A stretch of 64,000 nucleotides of DNA. It comes from Mobula hypostoma (lineage: Eukaryota). Location of the stretch: positions 61,072,001 through 61,136,000 of the forward strand of contig NC_086108.1 in the NCBI RefSeq assembly GCF_963921235.1. Direction: 5' to 3'. Both the position numbers and the translations under genes were made by a program. Of the stretch, positions 25,179 through 37,118 are shown one piece after another. Position 1 is the stretch's first letter. Each line of letters opens with the position of its first letter. The notes beneath the pieces are model-generated. The model saw only the letters and a list, made by a program, of their open reading frames with translations, had not been told where the DNA came from and made no database searches.

Positions 25179-26863
25179 TGCCAGGGTCAGGGTCCGGGAT
25201 GTCTCTGCCCGGGTGCACGACATCCTGGTACGAGAGGGAAAGCAACCAGAAGTCGTGATACATGTTGGGACCAACGACATAGGCAGGAAGAGGGATGAGG
25301 TCCTGAAGTGTGAGTTTCAGGAATTAGGCAGAAGGCTGAAGAACAGGACCTCAAGGGTGACGTTCTCAGGATTGCTGCCAGTGCTACGTGATAGAGATGG
25401 TAAGAATTGGAGGAGATGGCAGTTGAATGCGTGGCTGAGGAGTTGGTGCAGGGAACAGGGTATTAGATTTTTAGATCATTGGGATCTCTTCTGGGGAAGG
25501 TGGGATCTGTACAGATTGGATGGGTTGCACCTGAACTCGAGGGAGAGCAATATCCTTGCAGGTAGGTTTGCTAGCATGGTTCGGGAGGGTTTAAACTAAT
25601 TTGCGAGGGGGATGGGACCCAGAGCGATAGAGCAGTGAAAGAAGTGCATGGAGTAAAGCCAGATCTAACATACAGAGAGGCTTTGAGGAAGGAGAAGCAG
25701 AATAATCGATGTAAAGACAGTAAGGTAGAAGGGCTGAAATGTGTGTACCTCAATGCAAGAAGTATCAGGAACAAAGGTGATGAACTGAGAGCTTGGATAC
25801 ATACATGGAGTTATGATGTAGTGGCCATAACAGAGACTTGGCTGGCACCAGGGCAGGAATGGATTCTCAATATTCCTGGATTTCAGTGCTTTAAAAGGGA
25901 TAGAGAGGGCGGAAAAAGGGGAGGAGGAGTGACATTACTGGTCAGGGATACTATTACAGCTACAGAAAGGGTGGGTAATGTAGCAGGATCCTCTTTTGAG
26001 TCAATATGGGTGGAAGTTAGGAACAGGAAGGGAGCAGTTACTCTACTGGGGGTATTCTATAGGCCCCTTGGTAGCAGCAGAGATACAGAGGAGCAGATTG
26101 GGAGGCAGATTTTGGAAAGGTGCAAAAATAACAGGGTTGTTATCATGGGTGACTTTAACTTCCCTAATATTGATTGGCACCTGATTAGTTCCAAGGGTTT
26201 AGATGGGGCAGAATTTGTTAAGTTTGTCCAGGATGGATTCCTGTCACAGTATGTGGATAGGCCGACCAGGGGGAACGCCATACTAGATCTAGTACTAGGT
26301 AATGAACCAGGTCAGGTCACAGATCTCTCAGTGGGTGAGCATCTGGGGGACAGTGACCACCGCTCCCTGGCCTTTATAATTATCATGTAAAAGGATAGAA
26401 TCAAAGAGGACAGGAAAATTTTTAATTGGGGAAAGGCAAATTATGAGGCTATAAGGCTAGAACTTGCAGGTGTGAATTGGGATGATGTTTTTGCAGGGAA
26501 ATGTACTATGGACATGTGGTTGATTTTTAGAGATCTCTTGCGGGATGTAAGGGATAAATTTGTCCCGGTGAGGAAGATAAAGAATGGTAGGGTGAAGGAA
26601 CCATGGGTGACAAGTGAGGTGGAAAATCTAGTCAGGAGGAAGAAGGCAGCATACATGAGGTTTAGGAAAAGGATCAGATGGGTCTATTGAGGAATATAGG
26701 GGCAAAAAAGGAGCTTAAGAAGGGGCTGAGAAGATCAAGAAGGGGGCATGAGAAGGCCTTGGCGAGTAGGGTAAAGGAAAACCCCAAGGCATTCTTCAAT
26801 TATGTGAAGAGAAAAAGGATGGCAGGAGTGAAGGTAGGACCGATTAGAGATAAAGGTGGGAAA
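25179..26863 (+). mobile_element. Internal CR1 fragment (ORF1 esterase plus ORF2 APE endonuclease) within the Academ element
   Basis: PEVVIHVGTNDIG...DGLHLN (SGNH esterase); YLNARSIRNK, VVAITETWL, IMGDFNFP, GDSDH (APE). Confidence 0.9.
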
Positions 26864-27974
26864 CTGTCCAAAAAAATGTTCACTCTCAAGATGTATGTGT
26901 GTTGTAAATGGCCTCAGGTGTACTGACATGTGTAGACTGGCAGACTGTGAGAACCAGGCATCCACCTCAGAGAGTGTGGAAAGTTCAGATGAAGATGTGG
27001 AAGACATGGAAGACTTGGAAAATTATTATGATTATTAATATGTTATGAAAGTACAGAAATTAGTCTTTGATTAAATATATTCATTTTACAACCAAATGGG
27101 GCCTAAGTTATGGCTGTGCAGAACCCCACATTTGAATTATTGTACTGTAATTCTATATGCTATGACAAAAGCTTAAGATTGTTTTGATCTGATACAACAA
27201 CATGGAAAATATCATGACATTGATAAAATTCCAGAAATCTCTCCAAATGAGGTTTTTTACCTTTTGGGGGGGCGGGGTAACATTTTCTGCTGTATTGATG
27301 TTAATATGGAATATATACAAAAAGGGATTACTTATTTGAAGTAATAAAGCTACCACTGGTGCAATGCTATCACATATTTTCTAAAGTCTAGGGATGTATA
27401 CCTTGCCAAAAATCACTATGAGCATTATTCTCCTCAGATGGTACCGACCAACCCTACTGGCTCACAGACTAATAGCACTAGCCTAATCACGGAACAATTT
27501 ACAATGACTAATTAACCTACTAACCTGTACATCTTTGGACTGTGGGAGGAAACCAGAGCATCTGGAGGAAACCCATGCGCACACGGGAAGAATGTACAAA
27601 TGTTCCTACAGAGGATGCCAGAATTGAACACGGAACTCTGACGCCCCAAGCTTTGACAGCATCACGTTCAATTCTGGTTCCATCTGTTCTTCCCGTTAAT
27701 GTATGGGTTTCCTCTGGGTGCTCCTGTTTCCTCCCACAGTCCAAAGGCATATTGTTTAGTAGGTTAATTGGGCTTTGTAAATTGTCCTTTGATTGCAGTA
27801 AGGTTAAATACGTGTGTTGTTGGGAGGGGCAGCTTGTTGGTCTGGAAAGGCCGCTTTTGTGTTATATCGCTAAATAAAATAAAATAACTAAACCAATATA
27901 CATGTAATTGTTTGGCGAATCTTCCAGAAATTGTAGAATAGCTAATTTTAGAGGTTTCCCAGTTTTTCTGCATT

Positions 27975-29460
27975 TGAATCAGAATCAGGTTTAATATCTC
28001 CGGCATATGTCGTGAAATTTGTTAAGTTAGTGACAGCAGTACAATGCAATACATAATAGATATAGAAAAAAAGAATTACAGTAAGTATATTATATGTATA
28101 TTAAGCAGTTACATTAAAAATAGTGCAAGAACAGAAATAATTTTAAAAAAGTGAGGTAGTGTTCATGGGTTCAATGTTCATTCAGAAATCATATAGCAGA
28201 GGGGAAGAAGCTGTTCCTGAATCACTGAGTGTGTGTCTTCGGGCTTCTCTACCTCCTGCCTACAGTAACAATGAGAAGAGGATATGTCCTGATGATGGAG
28301 CTCCTTAGTAATGGACGCCGCTTTTCTGAGACACTGCTCCTTGAAAATATCTTGGACACTACGGAGGCTAGTAACCCATGATGGAGCTGACTAATTTTAC
28401 AACTTTCTGTAGCTTCTTTTGATCCTGTGCAAAAGCCGCCCGCACCCCCCTCCCCCACCTCCACTCCATACCAAGCGGTGATGCAGCCTGTCAGAATGCT
28501 CTCTATGGTACATCTGTAGTTTTCAAATGTTTTAGGTGACAAACCAAATCTCCTCAAACTCCTAATGAAACATAGCCACTGTCTTGGCTTCTTTAAGACT
28601 GCATACGTTGGGACCAGGTTAGATCCTCAGAGATAGTGACACCCAGGAACTTGAAAATAGCTTTCTCTCTCCACTTCTGATCCCTCTGTGAGGACTGGTT
28701 CGTGTTCCCTCTTCTTACCCTTCCTGAAGTCCACAATCAGCTCTATGGTCTTACTGACGTTGAGTGCCAGGTTGTTGCTGCGACACCACTCCACTAGCTG
28801 GTAAAGCTTGCTCCTGTATGCTTTCTCATCTCCATCTGAGATTCTGCCAACAATGGTTGTATCATCAGCAAATTTAAAGCTGGCATTTGAACTGTACCTA
28901 GCCAGAAAGAGATTGGTATGGAGAGGTAGAGCATGGGCTAACTACACATCCCTGAGGTGCATCAGTGTTGATTGTCAGTGGTTTTATTACCAATCTGCAC
29001 AGATTATGGTCTTGCAGGTGAAATGCCACTTGAATCTGTCTATTTAGTAAGTTAATTGTTATCACTGGAATTTTGTTTATCTTTAGTCTGAAATGACCAA
29101 AACTTCTTTGTACTTTTCCTTGTTCATTCTTCATTCTTGTTACACTTAATAAAATGGTCGTAACCACCAAGTGTTATGTCTCATTCTGACTCTGAAGGTG
29201 ATTTGACAAAAACTTTCGGACCAGACAGAGTACCTGGCCACACACTAAAGACCTGTGCTGATTAGCTGGCTGGTGTGTTCACTGAGATATTTAACCTCTC
29301 ACTTCAGCAGTGTGAGGTACCCACCTGCTTCAAGCAGGCTTCAATTATACTGGTGCCCAAGAACAGCATGGTGACCTGCCTCAGACTATTGCCCAGTTGC
29401 ACTTATATCCACAGTGCTGAAGTGTTTTGAGAGGCGGTTGATGAAACACATCAGCTGATG
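27975..29460 (-). mobile_element. Rex1-like LINE remnants (minus ~27975-29010; short plus piece ~29195-29460)
   Basis: MRRFGLSPKTFENYRCTIESILTGCITAWYG, INTDAPQGCVVSP; gaatcagaatcag tail. Confidence 0.75.
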
Positions 29461-29823
29461 TTCCTGTACTTGCCTCATTAGCCATCTCAGTACCAACTAA
29501 AAGTCATTCTCGGTCTCAAGCAACTGCCTAAAAAACTGCTTCCATACATTTATTTATCTGCAAGTTGCCTTATTAAAATTTCTTCAAAGTAGTAACAGGA
29601 TCATCATCATCACACACAAAGTCTACATAATTTTATTGTTTTTTCTTATGTTATTGGCTGTTGCTCCTGTGTATACCTATCTAATGCATGGTCGTTACTT
29701 GGCTGAATATTCCAGTTGAATATAGAACACACCTCCAAAGCCCTTACTTGAATTCACTTGAAATCATGGCTTAATGAGCTAGTGTATGGAAATATAAATA
29801 TTCATGAAAGAGGAAGAAAGCCA

Positions 29824-29829
29824 TTTATT
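29824..29829 (-). promoter_or_regulatory. Candidate C8B polyadenylation signal
   Basis: TTTATT on + (AATAAA on -), about 275 nt past the C8B stop. Further candidates lie near 29632 and 29550. Confidence 0.4.
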
Positions 29830-30104
29830 ATTCAAATATCGCTACGATCATTGTACGTTGTAGTATCAATTGTTTGGTGACAATAAAGTATAAAGTATAA
29901 GTATAAAGTATTTTTTAGAAATTAAATAATTCTGTTTAACTGTCTTGTAAAGGCCATTACAATTAACCAGCTTTATATGTAATTTTACAGGTTCTGTTAA
30001 TATTGAATTAAAATATCTCTTCATGCAAAGTTATAGATCAGTGGAATTAATTTTTGAACTCAGACTTGAAGTTCAAAACCAGGCCGAAAGAGACTGGCAT
30101 TTCT

Positions 30105-30259
30105 TTAGTAACATGGTGTTATGTGCTGATTGTCCCCTACACACATTTGGCCACCATTTTCTGGGGGAGGATTATTACACTGCCGGGTTCTCTTTCTTTC
30201 TCTGTTTACACATTGAGACCATGGAGACCAGCAGCTCCACTTGCCGTCAACAGCCACAT
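30105..30259 (-). CDS. C8B: Complement C8 beta terminal coding exon (TSP1); not in the ORF track
   Basis: tgtttcag|AT GTG..., 155 bp. NVAVDGKWSCWSPWSQCVNRERKRTRQCNNPPPENGGQMCVGDNQHITPCY-TAA. Confidence 0.95.
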
Positions 30260-30499
30260 CTGAAACATGAAGAAATAGTCTTTACTGTGAGTTTGAATAA
30301 TAGAACTTTGAAAAAACAAACACTCATAAATAGAAGATATTAGAGCGAGTATGGAGTGGGCTAAGCATACATGTTTGAGGTGCGCTGGTGTTGATCGTCA
30401 GCGAGGAGGAGATGTTATTTCCAATTTGCACTGACTGTGATGAGGATGTCATCATAGTCAGTGCAAATCCAGCTGTAGAAGGAGGTACTGAGGCCCATT

Positions 30500-31815
30500 T
30501 TGAGATTAAGAAAGAGGCAGTGCTGAGTCTTCTGAAAAAACCTTAAGGTGGATAAGTCCCCAGGTCCTGATAGCATATAATGACATACTTTTGAAAGAAG
30601 CAAGTGAAGAAATTTCTGGGGCTTTGACAAGGACCTTTGTTGCCCTCTCTAGCAACAGGTGAGGTCCTGGAGGGCTGGGGAGTAGCAAATGTTGTGTTTT
30701 TGTTCTAGAAGGGAAATAGGCGAATTTTAGGTAATTATAGGCCACTAAGCATCAAGTTAGTTGTGGGGAAGCTATTGGAGAAGATACTAACTGACAGGAT
30801 TTATGCACATTTGGAAAGGCATGGCCTACTTAGCAGCAGCCAGCAAAACACAATAAGGTTTGTATCGGTCAGGGCATGCTTTATAAACTTTATTGAGTTT
30901 TTGAGGAATTAAAAAAGGAACTTGATGAGGTTAAGGCAGTATTACATTATTTAGTTAGGCATTTAACAAGGTCCCTTATAGTAGCTTCATTCAGAAGATA
31001 AAGATGTATGGAATCTAGTGTAACTTGCATGTTTGTATTTGGAGTTGTGTAGAAAATTACCAGAGGTTGAAGTGGGATATCGCTCCTTTACAATTAAGGA
31101 CACAGACTGGCAGATGGATTTAATCTAGGCAAGTGTGAGGTATTGCATTGTAGGAGGAGAAAATACACAGTTAATAGTAGACCCCTTAATGTTGTTGAGG
31201 CTGGGGGGGCGGATCTTGGAGTCCAGATCCATAGTTCACTGGAAGTGGCTACACAAGCGGATAAGGTACCAAGGAAGATGTATACAATGCTTGCCTTTGT
31301 TGGTATGGGTGATGAAGTCAAACTGCAGTTATATAAAATTTTAATCAGACTACATTTGGCATATCCTGCACAGTTTTGGTTGTTCTCATTATAGGGAACG
31401 TGGAAACTGTGGAAAAGGTTCAAAGATTTATGAGGATGTTTACTGGATTAGAGGGTATGAGCTATCAGGAAAGTTTGGACAAACTTGGTTTGTTCTCCTT
31501 AGAGGTCCAAGACTGAGGGGAGGTCGGATAAGTTTTTTCAAAATTATGGGAGGCATAAATGGGATAAGCAGTCAGAATCTTTTCCCCAGGGTTGAAATGT
31601 GAAACAGCAGAGAACATGTTTTTAAGGTCAGAGAGGAGAGGTTTAAAGGTGCAACAAAGATCAGTTTTTTTTTAAAACACAGAAGGTGCTGGGTGCCTGG
31701 GATAGGTCACAAGGGGCAGTAGTAATACTAATAAACAGGCAGGGAATACTTGCAATAAATCAGCACAACATCGTGGGGCAAATGGCCTGCTCAGGACTGT
31801 ACTATTTTATGTTGT
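30500..31815 (+). mobile_element. Highly decayed CR1 LINE
   Basis: KVDKSPGPD, NYRPLS, DLGVQIHSSLEVATQAD remnants and a CR1 3' end. Confidence 0.7.
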
Positions 31816-32283
31816 ATTTTCAACTAATTACAATCAATTCCCACAAACTAACAACTGCCAAATTTACATGTATTTTGGTACTTCAGTGCAGAAGAGCTGA
31901 AGTTGCACTGAGTGACCTGCTCAACTTCCATAGGCTCTGTCCTTTCCATCACCATCAAGGGAGATCATTGGAACAAACTTGATTGTCAGCTCTTTATGAG
32001 GAAGCCTCTCGGTAAAATACCCTGTACATAAGACAGTCCTAAATCTACATTTTCCCTCTTTTTTTTAATGGGGAATCAATCGTTTTACATTTTTCTTATT
32101 GTATGACGACTGCCACTGAGTTCCAGTGAAAATAACATGTTCAAATCTGCTCCGTGAAGTGCATTCTATTATAGCTGCAGCAGTATTCACATCTGGCTAT
32201 TGGTCTAATTTAGCAAGAAATTATCACCTGGTATCAAAAATAACATTATAATTTTTCTCCTTAATACAATTAGTAATGCTTAC

Positions 32284-32352
32284 TCTCCCTGGTAGTAATC
32301 TCACAGGCAGCTCCATGGAAACCGGCAGGACACATGCAGACACACTGAGTTC
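32284..32352 (-). CDS. C8B: Complement C8 beta small EGF exon; not in the ORF track
   Basis: ctttatag|GA...GAG A|gtaagc, 69 bp. GTQCVCMCPAGFHGAACEITTRE. Confidence 0.93.
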
Positions 32353-32899
32353 CTATAAAGATAAAATAATTTCATTACTGATATTTGACAACAAATTCAA
32401 GTTTAATTCTGTTGTTTTTCATTGTAATTAGCTGGTATCAGCCTGTGCTGTCCAGATGAATACAAGGATAGAGGCTGTACAATGTGGATAGCGTTGCGTC
32501 AGTTTTAACAATAAGAAAAGGGGAACGGCAGCTGTTTTAGCATTCCATTGGAAAAATGGAAGAAATTGTTGCAATTGGCTTTCAAAACAGAAATCAAAGC
32601 CCAGGAAAATTCTATTATTTCTTGAAAAATGGGACAAAATTGTACTTAATGTTTTCATGAAATAATAACACCCCTCAAAATTTCTCGCCTTAAGGAATAA
32701 TTGTAAAATTCTACGTTAAAGTAGAATTTAAGTTTTCTTCATCATTCATAACCATTAACTATCAAGGAAGTCACATCAATTTTTAGTAAATGTAATTATT
32801 TCATGAAATTGTAGAAATGGATTCAGAAAACACAGACTTGATATTACTGTGATAAAAGCAAGAGTTTTGCTATTATTTGTGTACAAAGTCAAATAGGTA

Positions 32900-33215
32900 G
32901 CAGAGAATCAGAACCTTTGGTCCATCAAATATCAAGCCCAATTTTACACCAATCTTACTCATTTTATTCTTCACTAATTCTCATCAAATTCCACCAGCTT
33001 GTACCACTCACTTATACACATACAGTGACCAATTGACCTGCTAGCCCACAAACCTTAGGAATATGTGAGAAACCCAGCCCTCCTGAAGGAACTCGTAGAG
33101 TCCCAGGAGAACATGCAAACTCCTCATGGACAGTAAGAGAAGTCTGAACTGAATGTGGATCACTTGAGTTGTCAGACAGCAGCTCTGCCAGCTGTGCCAC
33201 TGTGCCAACCACTTA
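32900..33215 (-). mobile_element. tRNA-derived SINE
   Basis: Minus strand ggttggcacagtggcacagctggcagagctgctg...gatccacattcagttc (A/B-box-like head) followed by a SINE core. Confidence 0.6.
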
Positions 33216-33305
33216 ATATTACTGTTAATTGTAGGGAAGAACAAGAGTTATTAACACTTTAGACCCACATTCTTGGTTGTCTGATGGCCACTGATTGCAT
33301 TGTAC

Positions 33306-33459
33306 CTTGAAGAACAGCAACTCCATTGTTGTGACATGGAGCACAACGACAGGAACTGTATTCGATCAGGTACTCCTCCAGGGCTCGCCTCATGTTGGCT
33401 TTGATTCTGCTAGCACTCCGAAATGTGCTTGAAGTGATTAGGTCATAAAGTGGTACCGG
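33306..33459 (-). CDS. C8B: Complement C8 beta exon (MACPF end / EGF start); not in the ORF track
   Basis: ctttacag|CCG...CAA G|gtacaa, 154 bp. Manual translation: PVPLYDLITSSTFRSASRIKANMRRALEEYLIEYSSCRCAPCHNNGVAVLQ. Confidence 0.95.
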
Positions 33460-34061
33460 CTGTAAAGAAAACCATGTATAATTAGTAAAAACACACTATG
33501 TGCATGATGTACAGACCTGCTGTTACACAAAGCTAGCAGAGTCGTGCTCAGAGGTTTAGATCCCAGAGGTGCTTCTGATTTGCCTCATGTGCCTGGCAGT
33601 GAGAGCGGACAATCGCTTGTGTTTCTAAAGTCATTACATGTTTCATGCTATTGGGGGGGCAAACAAAGTAATAGAAAACAGCAGATATGACGGGGTACAA
33701 AAATCTACGCCAAGAGGCTGAATGATGTCAATCCCTTTTTCAGTTGTGGAATAGTGTATTGCCAATGTGAACAAAATTCATAACTGGACACAATTGCTAA
33801 CTTCTTATTGGAAAGCAATGTGACCCACTTGAGAGGAAGAGTGACCAGCTACTCACATTAATAGAGACAGACCTTTGTACTACAATGCCAATTTGTAGCC
33901 CAGATATCCTGGAACTGACTAAAGGTTTACTGTAATATTACAGCATACTGTGAAGATCTAGGGCTCTGCGAATATACAAGCTATGAAAATAGAGAGAGAA
34001 GAAGGAAAGCGGGCAGAGACGTAGGGAGAGAAAGAGATAGAGGGGGAAGAGACAAAGAGGG

Positions 34062-34332
34062 AGAGAGAGAGAGAGAGAGAGAGTGTGCGTGTGTGTGTGT
34101 GTATGTGTTTGTATGCGTGTGTGTATGTGTATGTGCGTGTGTGTGCGTGTGTGTGTGCATGTGTGTGTATGTGTGTGTATGCGTGTGTGCGTGTGCATGT
34201 GCGTGTGTGTATGCGTGTGTGTGTGCGTGTGCGTGTGTGTGCGTGCGTGTGTGTGTGTGCGTGCGTGTGTGTGTGTGCGTGTGTGTGTGCGCGTGTGTGT
34301 GTGCGCATGTGTGTGTGTGTGCATGTGTGTGC

Positions 34333-34381
<49 letters not shown>

Positions 34382-34406
34382 TGCGCGTGTGTGCGTGTGT
34401 CTGTGT
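34062..34406. repeat. Compound microsatellite (GA)n + imperfect (GT/GC)n
   Basis: Seen directly; it produces the spurious CVCV/HTHT ORFs. Confidence 0.95.
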
Positions 34407-35226
34407 GGGAAGTAGGAGCAGAGACTGAGATGACAGACGAGAGATTTCTGGTGATTAGCCAGACAAAGAAGAATAAAAATGCAATTAAAAGGAAAGAATA
34501 CAGATAACTAGAGACCTTTGTGAAAGTATCTCATATATATATTTTCTCCCTATGAGAGCTACTGTACTTCTAAGATTTTCCGTTTACGCTGGAAGACAGC
34601 ACTTCTCCTTTCTCCCATTGTCTGTGGTCAGGGAAGGGTGACCTGGATGGTCGCCAGAAGTTATGCCTCATTTAGTTGAGAACAGATTGACTCCTGAGAC
34701 AGTTGTGAGTATGTGGAGCTCGGCTCAAAACACACAGGTAGAGAGAAAGGGAAGCATGTTATAATATCAACTGTCACATTAAGATTACTGCAAACTCTCA
34801 ACCTCAGGTAAAGGTATATGATCATAGCCTTCGGAATTCTCGTCTCTTGTCATTTATTAGACCTCTGTTACACAACCAGCAATAATTCAGTTACTGTCGG
34901 TTGTACAATTAGATAGGAAATGGAGCCAACTGGTCCTCACCAAGTGATGTTGGATAGGATCAATACATTATCACAGGATGTGGGAATGTGTTAGAAGACC
35001 ACGAGAGCAATTAGAAGAACAATTACCACAAGCGTAATTGGTAAATGACTTAATTATGTTAAGGGAAGTTATTGTCTGGTAACCTGATGCTTATAATACT
35101 GCCAGCAGATGTTCAAGTTCTAAGGCAAACCTAGAGTATGCCATTGTTTAACATATACACACTACATACATTGACAAACACATACACTGATAAGTGTGCA
35201 TACACTGTTTAACATATATGCACTAT

Positions 35227-35227
<1 letters not shown>

Positions 35228-35264
<37 letters not shown>
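35228..35264. repeat. (CA)n microsatellite
   Basis: Seen directly. Confidence 0.95.
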
Positions 35265-35269
<5 letters not shown>

Positions 35270-35964
35270 TGCATGTACACTTACATACAGCAATTCTTAA
35301 TACTTTCTTAGTCTACACAGTAAATTACCTGATCACAGCCTTACTTTAAAATGCATGAACTGAAAATATACTGAAAAGCAGTATTGACTGCGAGCTGGGC
35401 ACTTGCTATTTGTAGATCCCACAATGTCAAAATAATAAGCCATGATGTACTAAGAGCTTTTAGCCTTGAAATTCTGGATCTGAAAGGGGATTTTACAAAT
35501 ATCAAACAGAAGTAAATTTAAACCATTAAAATCAAAGTAAGCCAGAACAGATAGACAGGGAGAATTAATTAATATTAGCGATTGGAAAACTTAGTACTGG
35601 CTTTAGGAACAATGAAACTGCAGAACAAACCTCTGGGTCAGAATTATAAAATGCATGTCAACCATTAATTAATTAGAATCTGCACTGGGAGATCCAGACG
35701 TTTCCATCTGGATTCATGGACCAAGACGATCACTGATTGAAAATTGTATTGAGATCCATTGGAAAAAATTGGTAAACCGATAGGAAGCAGAACCTAAAGT
35801 ATAATGACAAAGATATTAAAAAAACCCAAAAGAAACCAAGTACAAAAAAAAATCAAGAATAGTCAGAAGAAAAAGGGAAAGAACACATAAAAAACAGATT
35901 CAGATAAATGGAGATCATTGAGAAATATTTTTGTCCCCATGTGAGCTACTACTAAGTTCTGCAT

Positions 35965-36310
35965 TTACATAGAAACATAGAAAACCTACAGCACAATACA
36001 GGCCTTCTGCCCACAAAGCTGTGTCAAACACGTCCTCACCTTAGAAATTACCTCGGGTTACCCATAACCCTCTATTTTTCTAAGCTCCATGTACCTGTCC
36101 AAGAGTCTCTTAGAAGACCCTATTGTATCCACCTCCACCACCGTCGCCGGCAGCCCATTCCACACACTCACCACTCTCTGCATAAAAAACTTACACCTGA
36201 CATCTCTGTACCTACTTCCAAGCACCTTAAAAATGTGTCCTCTCGCAATGGCCATTTCAGCCCTGAGAAAAAGCCTCCGACTATCCACACGATCAATTCT
36301 TCTCATCATG
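35965..36310 (-). mobile_element. CR1 LINE 3' end
   Basis: ARGHIFKVLGSRYR..FFMQRVVSVWNGLP; (catagaaa)n tail on +. Confidence 0.85.
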
Positions 36311-36616
36311 GAGGGGAGAAATTCACCTTTGTTTCTCCCTTTGTCACAGTAGAAAATATTTGTCAATTTAGTGATTAGGATCTTGCATTTACCACAGCCT
36401 GGTAATCGCAAATAAACACAAAACAAATGAAGTAAACTTAATACAAACCTTTTCATGCACTGTGGAGTTAATTTACATCTGAAAGGAAAGGGGTAAGAAA
36501 TCTACAAAAAACTAATTTGAAATTAAGGTCAGAAAACTGTAATATTCAGAGAACAAAGATAATCTCACTGCTTGGTGACTCCCATTATGGCTGTTTCCAT
36601 CAGTGAAAAGATTTAC

Positions 36617-36780
36617 CTTAAATTTAATGACTTCTGGGTTGTACTCTACTGCATCGCCCCACTCCTGCATCAGCTCCACAGTCGGAAGTTCTTTGTGAGC
36701 AAGAGCTGTTACATGCTCGCTTGCTCCTCCTCGTACAAATATTAAGAAGTCTTCGGTATATTTTGATTTGCTAATCCCAT
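36617..36780 (-). CDS. C8B: Complement C8 beta exon (MACPF C-terminal part)
   Basis: ataccag|AT...AAG|gtaaat, 164 bp. EDFLIFVRGGASEHVTALAHKELPTVELMQEWGDAVEYNPEVIKFK is close to human C8B. Confidence 0.96.
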
Positions 36781-37118
36781 CTGGTATATAAGATATACCA
36801 TACAATTAATTTCCAAGGAAAGAAACTTTTTTCCCTATTATTCCATTATTTTATCCACTACTTATTTTTGAAGATGATAAGTAAACACCTATAATGGAGG
36901 GAAACCGGCTGTTACCTTAATCAAGTACCATTCTACCTAGATGTGATAGCATTTGTCAGGCTTCAAGCAACCGAAAGTGAGTTAAGTCCTCTTCCGCTAG
37001 TTATCCACTCTTACATTTCATGGAAAGAATCACAAGATATCTTGCAAGTACTAGATCCAGGACTCATTTTCCATGCCCCAATCTTGTCTAGGGAAACAGT
37101 TTTATTGATCATGCAATC

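Larger units (their letters stand above)
22685..27471 (+). mobile_element. AcademX-type DNA transposon, internally deleted and pseudogenised
   Basis: ~130-bp imperfect TIRs (22685-22817 / 27347-27471) with TAG...CTA termini and 3-bp TSD ATA. Remnants: REGDWELNL...FAYDKMNYARY...VDQAIEATVNKD; XPG/PIN-like VVDGM, IDVVFDTY, QEEAD, SEDTDV; Cys-rich C-terminus CPKKCSLSRCMCVVNGLRCTDMCRLADCEN. Confidence 0.8.
22010..27890 (+). mobile_element. Outer SINE (+; ~22010-22075 and ~27668-27890) interrupted by a second SINE (-; ~22076-22155 and ~27476-27667)
   Basis: The split halves join into continuous SINE sequences (gggtttcctctgggtgctcctgtttcctcccacagtccaaag core). The minus SINE matches the uninterrupted copy at 63050-63285 (tttaaccctagcctaatc). 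Confidence 0.7.

Noticed and set aside
33938..34507. ORFs of CVCVCV / HTHTHT low-complexity proteins
   Set aside because: Translations of a (GT)n microsatellite; no evidence of coding.
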